Both the position numbers and the translations under genes were made by a program. Below the pieces are notes generated by a model. The model was not told the DNA's origin and searched no databases. It saw only the letters and a list, made by a program, of their open reading frames with translations. A stretch of DNA of 25,906 bases, from the IMG/VR virus record IMGVR_UViG_3300017721_001597, positions 1-25,906 of that record; one strand, written 5' to 3'. This document shows, in pieces, positions 16,701 through 23,484 of this stretch (position 1 is the stretch's first letter; each line of letters starts with the position of its first letter). This stretch comes from a virus. Taxonomy: Duplodnaviria; Caudoviricetes.

Positions 16701-17415
16701 CGGATTCAGCTTGACTTAAGTTTATAAAACCAGATCCACTTGCGCTTATTTGGTTTCCCGACAAACCTGTAGATGTAATGTCTACTGTGTGGATTGCAGT
16801 ACCACCGTTAACTTCTAATTTAAGTTGTCCTGCGTCTGCGTTACCGAATGCGTTTTCTACATAATTGTTACCATCAGCAGCTACTTCTTCATTAACAACG
16901 CCTTCTATATCCTGCAATGATGAGTATACGCCAAGCCTTAAATCACCTTGTTGTGAATTAATGTCGTAAACATTATTAACGTCTGCGCCACCTAGCTGTG
17001 TTAAGTTTTCTACAGTATAGTAATTGTCACTTGTTTCTAAGTCGTTTGACTGGCCAAAAGAAAGAAAAACACTCGAACCGTTAGTTGAGGTGTTGTTAAT
17101 TGTACTTACAGCTGGCGCAGGAGCAGGTGCTAACAAAGCAAGAATTTCATTAAACCTGTCAATTGCAACGCCTAGGCGTGTATCATCAGTAAAGTCTTTA
17201 AAAAGACCGTCTGTGTAAGTACTATCTTCCGGAGAACCAATTGCCACTTCGTTTCCATTAACAGACGCATTGATGGTAAAGTCTCCTTGGAGATTGTTGT
17301 CGATGGTAACATTTGTACCAGCAACTAAACTTCCAGAAAGAAATCCACCGTATCCGTCAGATACTTGCAATGATCCTATTGAGCCCGAAGACTCATTAAT
17401 TCTTAACGCTGTCAT
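13777..17415 (-). CDS. Large putative virion structural protein (1212 aa) built from a tandem duplication of a ~550-aa unit
   Basis: Beta-rich and S/T/N/G-rich; paired motifs in the two halves (LSFG, WVND, LSG(I/V)KYF, TFYR.F.N, KTGW.DLG.P, DG(S)GCYV/DGCYV). Confidence 0.78.
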   Translation of the reverse strand: MTALRINESSGSIGSLQVSDGYGGFLSGSLVAGTNVTIDNNLQGDFTINASVNGNEVAIGSPEDSTYTDGLFKDFTDDTRLGVAIDRFNEILALLAPAPAPAVSTINNTSTNGSSVFLSFGQSNDLETSDNYYTVENLTQLGGADVNNVYDINSQQGDLRLGVYSSLQDIEGVVNEEVAADGNNYVENAFGNADAGQLKLEVNGGTAIHTVDITSTGLSGNQISASGSGFINLSQAESGRLDNGTVFPNFKHRTVSYRISQSDQRLGWNYARVIHDISGVEYVTNYIEWVNDTDGSQLQTNNQSMFFIGTGATHLSGIKYFTGGTFTYEVEVANAYQKVYDDVDTTFTTTFSGNHSNTSLTFTPLSKEAIDTVNGEDHTKIIDISKSSNINTEYMLGGSVTVGVNASHPFKTNITNGGQASTGNVLIYNVTDTSTNTLETFGAETYRLISGSYDNQSDVTSGTWDSQIHMTGSNLGYSDGLQFYDKKLYSPSSTLNGGDFASLTIGAPDNNPDYSVETGSRTFYRKFENTGSTIYDIRLDINGSNTNIVANTQPLNSTDIKVFIKVPEKTGWLDLGSPYSYSNNGDNDGCYVLNFDNSLNAVNYATFGTVGILQNDFIILKVVADMTWQGNIDQLELTFNAGAGNIPSVSEVTSVGIDQTGSQANLSFGASKSINNYTNSSIKALNELYGNTSSGLTKIRGVYTKLSDITGKVNEAVNAVTPGYPAYSFLDGDQGNLELYLNGIKIQDVNLTTHTSGPSLTNGSGFTAISESVPALKYSNGVPNYLQFYRTASYIIKATIQDDGENTLKVIHRIGSEERITNEVKWVNDSTSQTNNISFSNSVIADFTSSNTFFLSGVKYFINPTGVIKTNVVNLYQNVYSDASNAVAIINLTNSTCTNIEMNGSGLTSTKTSSGASTSLQILNTSNDSNLTELNVTGSLAFNQTTSISGSFESQSPKTISGKIKVIHPLKGTTTSSLITSSPFLVYSSTNTSDASSNENFDSENFRLKSGNFNNQVDVTNGNYNWESEFSVNNPSQTGYYGGLILHGTKLLSPVNAGNSGDFRNVNDGGVFISPDNNVNYSVLGNNDLTFYRHFFNNTDNDIASLTITLEGDASIVNTATPLSANKNVNVEIKTPGKTGWMDLGNPTDGSSSDGSGCYVGNFTSNITSSGATNTCSFGTTTVDGNADYFVIKITANKGWTGYISQITIGWG

Positions 17416-17442
17416 AAACTTAACTCAAACTTAACTTAACTT
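17416..17442 (-). repeat. Tandem (A/G)AGTT pentamer array directly before the 1212-aa start codon
   Basis: Minus strand reads AAGTT AAGTT AAGTT T GAGTT AAGTT T ATG; no AGGAG-type RBS present. Confidence 0.8.
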
Positions 17443-17466
17443 GTATAATTCTATATATTATACAAG
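17440..17466. promoter_or_regulatory. Perfect 10-bp inverted repeat containing TATAAT on both strands; candidate operator/promoter
   Basis: CTTGTATAAT-N7-ATTATACAAG between the endolysin and the 1212-aa gene; no U-tract on either side, so not terminator-like. Confidence 0.55.
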
Positions 17467-17483
17467 AAAAGTAAAAGCAAAAC

Positions 17484-18377
17484 TTATTTTATATGGTCAA
17501 TTAGCGATTTTATATCTAAGCCGGCACAGTCTATTTTTCTGTTAGTTGCATGATAGTGACTTACAAAACCTTCAAATGATCCATTTTTTACTTCTGGATC
17601 AACAGTTTTAAGTGTGTTACCATCATTATCAACTGGACAATCCAAAGGAATACCTAGTCCTTCACTAACTGCTAACCATAATGCTTGGAGAGCTTTTATT
17701 TGCACATCATAAAAGCCTGTAAAAGGCTTCATTGATCTCCCATGAACAGTTTCTCCTTCAATAATCGGTCTTTCCCCATAACCTTTTTTAGAATACCAGC
17801 TTTGCCATTTAAGGTCGTATGCATTTGATATTTCCACGCCAATTGAATTGTGATTAATTTTTTTATTACCCGCATGCCAATTGGCATTGTTAATATCGTT
17901 CGTCTGGTATATTGTACCGTCGTTATCGATTAAAAAGTGCACAGAAAGATTTCGCTTATTAAGTACTCTGTGACATGTTTTACTATTTAAGCAAACGTCC
18001 CAGTGATTCATAAACATTTTAATATCTCTTTTTTCTGAATAAGGTGTAAATCCAGAACTTAGTTCTAGCCCGTCTTCTTCAGACCACAAAACTACCTTTG
18101 GCCAATTAATAGGTATAAAGTTTCCTTGACTGACTATAAAAGATGTATCTTTGTTTTTTACATTAGTTGGTTCGTAGTCGTCAATATTGTTTAATCTTTC
18201 TGATAAAATCCTTCTATAGGTTCCTGGCCCACAAAGACCATCGGCAGTTAATTTTTTACTTTTTTGCCATTTTTTAATTTTTTCAACCAATATATTGTCA
18301 AATTCAGTATGGCCAAACCAATTTGGTAACCACCCATATTTGTAAGCTGATTTTTTATTGTATTTTATTTTTGACAT
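17484..18377 (-). CDS. Modular endolysin-like protein: peptidoglycan-binding domain + N-acetylmuramoyl-L-alanine amidase (Amidase_2)
   Basis: IKKWQKSKKLTADGLCGPGT (PG-binding repeat); MNHWD, SVHFLIDNDGTIYQ, WHAG, NSIGVEISN, SHYH...KIDC (Zn amidase motifs). Confidence 0.9.
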   Translation of the reverse strand: MSKIKYNKKSAYKYGWLPNWFGHTEFDNILVEKIKKWQKSKKLTADGLCGPGTYRRILSERLNNIDDYEPTNVKNKDTSFIVSQGNFIPINWPKVVLWSEEDGLELSSGFTPYSEKRDIKMFMNHWDVCLNSKTCHRVLNKRNLSVHFLIDNDGTIYQTNDINNANWHAGNKKINHNSIGVEISNAYDLKWQSWYSKKGYGERPIIEGETVHGRSMKPFTGFYDVQIKALQALWLAVSEGLGIPLDCPVDNDGNTLKTVDPEVKNGSFEGFVSHYHATNRKIDCAGLDIKSLIDHIK

Positions 18378-18835
18378 TATAATCCTCTTTTAACTCGCTG
18401 TCCTAGTAGATACACATATGTTTCATATTGATTAGCAGCTGCAGCTAAATAATCATCTGCACCTAAGGTTAAGTGACCTTTTGACTCTAGAAATGAGTAT
18501 AGCCTTGTCAAGTGTGAAACATGATGCCTCATAAAGTCTAGGCCGATTGCGGCAATTGAATCTGGGTTCAGGTTGACTGGCGAGGTAAAACTCATTAAAA
18601 AAGGAATTGACGCTAAAGATGCATCAATAGGGCATGCAACTTTTTCTGTATCACATATCACAATAAGTTTTTCTATTAATGCATCAAAGTCAGTACTGAT
18701 TCCGTTATATATTTCTCCGTAAAGAGAGACATGATCTCCTGCAAAACCCGCACCTTTTGTGACATGATGCGCAGCATGAAACCATGACATCAAAGCTTTT
18801 GTACACCCAATATATTCAGTTACTTCATCTAACAT
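18377..18835 (-). CDS. Dps/ferritin-like protein
   Basis: FHAAHHVTKGAGFAGDHVSLYGEIY...DALIEK corresponds to the Dps H..HW.V.G..F...H.L....Y...D..AER signature; four-helix-bundle length (152 aa); AGGAG RBS. Confidence 0.75.
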   Translation of the reverse strand: MLDEVTEYIGCTKALMSWFHAAHHVTKGAGFAGDHVSLYGEIYNGISTDFDALIEKLIVICDTEKVACPIDASLASIPFLMSFTSPVNLNPDSIAAIGLDFMRHHVSHLTRLYSFLESKGHLTLGADDYLAAAANQYETYVYLLGQRVKRGL

Positions 18836-18858
18836 ATAAACTCCTAATGATAATTTAA

Positions 18859-19461
18859 TTATTCTAAATCAATTGTAACATCTAAGTTGACAGTTATTTT
18901 AGGCACTCTTAAGTGATTAGCTAATCCGTGCTTTTTAGCTTCAGTAGAATCTAAGAACCAGTCAGCATGTTTTTTCTTATCTACTATCTTAAGAAAGTAA
19001 TCGTCAGCTTTGCCGCAATTTTGTGCCATCATATTGTAAACTATTTTGTTTAACCTGTCTGACTCTTTTGCTGATGCTTTTACTTCTTCTACTTTACCAA
19101 GCTGGCCAGAACTTACATCGTGGATCATAAGTGTTGCGTTAGGGTCCATAAATCTGCGCCCTTCTTCACCAAAAGAAAACAGTATTGCGCCACAGCTCAT
19201 TGCCTTACCTTGTACTATTGTTGCGATAGGTAACTCTGAGCTTTTAATTGTTGATATCATTGACATCAGTGAATACACTTGCCCTCCGTAACTGTCAATT
19301 ACAATTGGGATTACTTTTTGTCCGGTATTGTGTGCCATGGCAACCTTTGTACTAAATTCTTTTGCGCTATCTTCATCAAATTTGTTAACTCTAACAATTA
19401 CAGGTTGCATATTTAATTCGTATTCTTTTACTAGCGGTGATGTATTATACTTCCAAAGCAT
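18859..19461 (-). CDS. clpP: ClpP-family serine protease subunit
   Basis: IDSYGG, GKAMSCGA (catalytic Ser), LMIHD (His), DWFLDSTEAKKHGLA (Asp); AAGGAG RBS. Confidence 0.92.
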   Translation of the reverse strand: MLWKYNTSPLVKEYELNMQPVIVRVNKFDEDSAKEFSTKVAMAHNTGQKVIPIVIDSYGGQVYSLMSMISTIKSSELPIATIVQGKAMSCGAILFSFGEEGRRFMDPNATLMIHDVSSGQLGKVEEVKASAKESDRLNKIVYNMMAQNCGKADDYFLKIVDKKKHADWFLDSTEAKKHGLANHLRVPKITVNLDVTIDLE

Positions 19462-19491
19462 TTTTTCTCCTTATTATATTTTATATTATAT

Positions 19492-19520
19492 ATCTTAATG
19501 AAAAAGAGCAGTTTTTACAC
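19492..19520 (-). promoter_or_regulatory. Putative sigma70-like promoter for clpP
   Basis: GTGTAA-N17-TAAGAT, sharing the TGTAAA -35 core and spacing with the promoter at 3033-3061. Confidence 0.45.
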
Positions 19521-19533
19521 TACTCTTTATATT

Positions 19534-19593
19534 CTATCTATGGCAATCGCAAGGATCGCAACCGCAACACGGACATATTTTTATTATCCGCAC
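19534..19593 (-). CDS. Putative Cys-rich micro-protein MRIIKICPCCGCDPCDCHR (19 aa), metallothionein-like
   Basis: GTG start 6 nt after GGGAG, overlapping the last codons of nrdJ; 6 Cys and 1 His in 12 consecutive residues; a GC-rich island in an otherwise very AT-rich gap. Confidence 0.55.
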   Translation of the reverse strand: MRIIKICPCCGCDPCDCHR

Positions 19594-22091
19594 TTACTGC
19601 TCCCACAAGAATTACATGTTACGCAGCCTTCCTGGTATACTAAGCTACCTTCGGCTCCGCATTCAGGACATGTTCTATCTACTTCAGTGCCATCAATAAT
19701 ATAATTCTTGAGACATCTAGATATCACCTTACTAAAACTAAACATATCCATTTCTTTATCTTTTTGCATTTGCTCAACAAGATATTGAACTGGCACACCA
19801 TGGCGAAGTGATGTTGATATTACTCTTGTATACCCAGCATGATTAGGATTGTCAAAAACAGATACCACATCTTTGACAACTAATTGATTGTCACCTTCAC
19901 CTATTGTGAGGTCATACTTACTATTCCTTGTTTTAAATGTTCTTTTATATAGTTTACCATGACGATATCTAGAAGGAATCTCTATTTGATCTGCAGAACC
20001 TCCTATTACCTCATATGGTTTACCATCAAGTAGTCCTACTAAAACAGCCCACTTCTTACCTTTTACTGAGGTGTGATATATATCACATTCCAATTCTTCT
20101 GGACGTTTAGGCGCATCTCTTTCAATGATTACTGTGCTGTCTTCTTTTTTATTATCAGTTGATACGAGAACACCTGAACGTGAGCCATCTCGATAAACGG
20201 TCACGCCTTTGCATCCAAGTTCCCAACCTAACATGTAGATGTCTTTTACTGTTTCCACATCGATGTCTGCTGGAAGGTTCGTCGTATTCGAGATAGCATG
20301 ACAGATCCACTTTTGTGCAGCTGACTGCAGTTTCACTTTTGCACGCCAATTAATTTCATTAGCAGTTGCGCCGGCATACGGGGAATGCTTAACAGCAATC
20401 TCAATATCATCCGGCTTCCATCGGGTTTGTCGATCTTCTTCCGTGTAAAAAGATGATGTATGATCTAACCACTGCTTGAAACCGTGATGATACACATTAA
20501 ACTCTGTCCATTCATCGCCTAATTCATCAACAAACATCACCTCTTCGCCATTCTGTGCTTTCTTGCGTCGCTTGTAGTATAACATAAATGCAGGTTCGAT
20601 ACCTGAAGTTGTTTGAGTGAGGCATGAAACTGAGCCTGCAGGGGCTGTTGTTGTGTTGGCTATGTTGCGTCGACCGTATGTATGGTAATCTTCAATAACG
20701 TCAGGTGTTAGTTCACTAATCACTCTATTCAAGTAAGGATGATCTTTTTCTTTTCTGTGATTAAATACTTCAAAAGCGCCTCGTTCTTTGGCTAGCTGTA
20801 TTGACTCTTCATATGAAGCAAGTGTCAACCATTTATAAATTTCTTCTGTCGTTTTTATAGAATCATCAGAACCGTATGTTTGCCCTAACATTGCAATTGT
20901 GTCTCCGAGTCCTGTGATGCCTAAACCGGTTCGTCGTCCATTGATTGCAACTTGTCTAATTGTGTTCCAAAGATTTCTTTCGTAATATTTAACTTCTTCA
21001 TTTTCTGGATCATTATCAATCTTGGCAAGAATTTTATCAATTTGTTCAATCTCTAAGTCGATCATGTCGTCCATTAATCGCTGTGCTTTTTTGGTAATTG
21101 ATCTAAAAAGTCCATAATCAAATTCTGCGCCATCGGACCATGGTTTTTTAACAAATGATGTTAAATTGACTAGCATAAGTCGGCAAGAATCGTAAGGAGA
21201 AAGAATAATCTCGCCACAAGGATTTGTTGATACTGATCCAAAACCTACATCTGTGTAAGCGTCAGATGGTGTCATTCGAGTAGCTGTGTCCCAAAACAAA
21301 ACTCCAGGCTCTGCTGAGGCGTGTGCACCTTCGATTAGCGCATCCCAAACTTCTGTTGCTTTAAAATGATCATGAACTTCAGGGCTGTCAGAATCAACAG
21401 GCCATCGAACTGTGTAATGATCATCTGTTTTTACTGCTTTCATAAACTCATCTGTGACACGCACAGAGATATTAGCACCGGTTACTCGAGTAAGATCTTT
21501 TTTAATCTTAATAAATTCCATAACTTGCGGGTGATGGACTGATATTGAGAGCATTAATGCGCCGCGGCGACCACCTTGAGCAACTTCACGACAAGAGTTA
21601 GAGAAGCGATCTAGAAAAACCTCGATCCCATCTGTTGTTTTTGCTGCATTAGATGTCGTCATGCCTTTAGGGCGAATGGTAGATATATCAAATCCTACTC
21701 CGCCTCGACGTTTCATAATCTGTACTTGCTCTTGATCTGTTTTAAGAATACCTGCGTAAGAATCAGCTGGGGATTCAATAACAAAGCAGTTCGATAAAGA
21801 TTGAATTTTTGCTTCATTTCCAATACCACTCATTGGTGATCCTTGTGGGACCACATATTTAAAGTCCTTAAATAGACTATAGATTTCTTCATAATGCATT
21901 GAGTTTTCATAACCGGCTTCTATTCCTGCAAATTCAGATGCCAGTCTTTGGTGCATATCATCTGGTGTTAACTCTACATAATTTCCATCTGCGTCTTGCA
22001 ATGCATACTTTCCTGCAAAAACTGAGGCTGCTAATTCATCGCCTTTAAAGTATTCTAATGACGCGTCATATACTTGTTGATAGTTGTACAT
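19584..22091 (-). CDS. nrdJ: Adenosylcobalamin-dependent (class II) ribonucleotide reductase
   Basis: SLSNCFV, RRGGVG, GRRGALM, ANISV, TNPCGEI (thiyl Cys), RRTGLG, TTAPAGS, KGVTVYRDGSR, C-terminal CPECG...CNSCG..KC zinc ribbon; no nrdB nearby; GGGAG RBS. Confidence 0.95.
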   Translation of the reverse strand: MYNYQQVYDASLEYFKGDELAASVFAGKYALQDADGNYVELTPDDMHQRLASEFAGIEAGYENSMHYEEIYSLFKDFKYVVPQGSPMSGIGNEAKIQSLSNCFVIESPADSYAGILKTDQEQVQIMKRRGGVGFDISTIRPKGMTTSNAAKTTDGIEVFLDRFSNSCREVAQGGRRGALMLSISVHHPQVMEFIKIKKDLTRVTGANISVRVTDEFMKAVKTDDHYTVRWPVDSDSPEVHDHFKATEVWDALIEGAHASAEPGVLFWDTATRMTPSDAYTDVGFGSVSTNPCGEIILSPYDSCRLMLVNLTSFVKKPWSDGAEFDYGLFRSITKKAQRLMDDMIDLEIEQIDKILAKIDNDPENEEVKYYERNLWNTIRQVAINGRRTGLGITGLGDTIAMLGQTYGSDDSIKTTEEIYKWLTLASYEESIQLAKERGAFEVFNHRKEKDHPYLNRVISELTPDVIEDYHTYGRRNIANTTTAPAGSVSCLTQTTSGIEPAFMLYYKRRKKAQNGEEVMFVDELGDEWTEFNVYHHGFKQWLDHTSSFYTEEDRQTRWKPDDIEIAVKHSPYAGATANEINWRAKVKLQSAAQKWICHAISNTTNLPADIDVETVKDIYMLGWELGCKGVTVYRDGSRSGVLVSTDNKKEDSTVIIERDAPKRPEELECDIYHTSVKGKKWAVLVGLLDGKPYEVIGGSADQIEIPSRYRHGKLYKRTFKTRNSKYDLTIGEGDNQLVVKDVVSVFDNPNHAGYTRVISTSLRHGVPVQYLVEQMQKDKEMDMFSFSKVISRCLKNYIIDGTEVDRTCPECGAEGSLVYQEGCVTCNSCGSSKCG

Positions 22092-22104
22092 TAATTCTCC
22101 CTAA

Positions 22105-23484
22105 TTATTTTCCTGTAATTTCTTTCCACTTTGATTTTAACATGTTTTTTGATCCTGTATTCGCGCTTTCTATAGCGTCAGTAATTGACATTTCTTCTAC
22201 ACCCTCGATTACATTAATCTTAGATCGAGCTGTGTCAATTCTAATTGGAAACATTAAACCGTCTCTACCTGCTCTATTCTTTGCAACAAAAAGACGTCCT
22301 GCGCCTGTTGACTTTTCCATTGGTTTTCTAGAGAGTGAAACGACAACATCAGCAACCATTGCCTTACCGTAAGCCTCAGACATATTTTCCAATCCAACAA
22401 TTTCTGATTTTGCTGAGTCTCTGTTTGCCTGTGATGCTGTCCAAACGGGTATATTAAGTTCCATTGCCAAGTTTCTAAGTTCCTCGTATACTAATTTTAA
22501 TTCATGCCTAAGTGAGTCGTATGTTCTTGTTGATCTCATAATATCCGCGTAGTCGATTACAAGTAAACTTGGTTTAAAATCTTTCATTGCCAGTTTTTCT
22601 AGATGATTTCTAATAGTCACAATACTTGCGGCACCAGTTGGATATTGCTTAATTATCAAGCGACCATAGTCATTATCTGAATAAGTTTTGAGTATTTTTT
22701 CTTTATTTTCGTAAACGTTTGAAGATGGTATATCACACAAATTACTGTCGTATCTTATCCCTACAGATGTTTCTGTTAACTCAAACGTGTAATGAACTAC
22801 ATTCTTACCTCTTCTTATCGCTTCAGCACCCATTGCAACAAGATAGTGAGACTTTCCAACGCCTGTATTAGCAACGACAACACCAATTTCACCTCTACCT
22901 AGCCCTCCGTTTAATACATCTTTTTTGTCTAGGTGCATAATACCTGTCGGGCATGTGGCTCTGTCAACTAATACAAATCTTGACTCATGATCTTCAAAAA
23001 AATCATGACCAATCGTAGAAGTATTACCTTTAAAAACAGCATCTTTCATGATGCTTAAAACCGATTCATAATTTTCAGATTTAATTGCTTTTACACTCTC
23101 TTCTAGTGCTTGTTGCAATGCTTGTTTTTTACAGAAATTAAGTGTTTTCTCTTTTACATATTTTAAATCAGTGACGTTAGGATTTGCTTTCATTCTAGAA
23201 AGATACTCAATGACTTGTTCACGTAGAATAATATCATCGCCTGCGCTTAAATCGTCTTTAATAATCGAAACTAATAACTTTAAAGTGGGAAAACTTCTAT
23301 ATTTTTCATGATACCCGAAAAACCTGTCACAAAGGAATTGTAGATATTTTAGCTCAAAGTAATCATATTTCATTATTTCCATCATTTGGGAAGCCCACAT
23401 ATGATCGTCTAGTAAAGCTTGAAATATTTTCTCTTGAAAGTCCTTTCCATATTTTGAAAAGTAGTTTGGGTTCATGCTGTTCAT
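22105..23484 (-). CDS. dnaB: Replicative DNA helicase, DnaB / T4 gp41-like (SF4)
   Basis: Walker A ANTGVGKS, YTFEL, Walker B LLVIDYAD, WTASQANR, AKNRAG; ATGA overlap with the upstream gene. Confidence 0.92.
   Translation of the reverse strand: MNSMNPNYFSKYGKDFQEKIFQALLDDHMWASQMMEIMKYDYFELKYLQFLCDRFFGYHEKYRSFPTLKLLVSIIKDDLSAGDDIILREQVIEYLSRMKANPNVTDLKYVKEKTLNFCKKQALQQALEESVKAIKSENYESVLSIMKDAVFKGNTSTIGHDFFEDHESRFVLVDRATCPTGIMHLDKKDVLNGGLGRGEIGVVVANTGVGKSHYLVAMGAEAIRRGKNVVHYTFELTETSVGIRYDSNLCDIPSSNVYENKEKILKTYSDNDYGRLIIKQYPTGAASIVTIRNHLEKLAMKDFKPSLLVIDYADIMRSTRTYDSLRHELKLVYEELRNLAMELNIPVWTASQANRDSAKSEIVGLENMSEAYGKAMVADVVVSLSRKPMEKSTGAGRLFVAKNRAGRDGLMFPIRIDTARSKINVIEGVEEMSITDAIESANTGSKNMLKSKWKEITGK

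Noticed and set aside
19538-19576. Alternative ATG-started micro-ORF MSVLRLRSLRLP overlapping the Cys-rich ORF
   Set aside because: No appropriately spaced RBS and no informative composition; the Cys frame explains the sequence better.
6132-20349. Nested minus-strand ORFs 6132-6347, 9459-9683 and 20155-20349
   Set aside because: Out-of-frame and wholly inside long genes, with no recognisable protein features.
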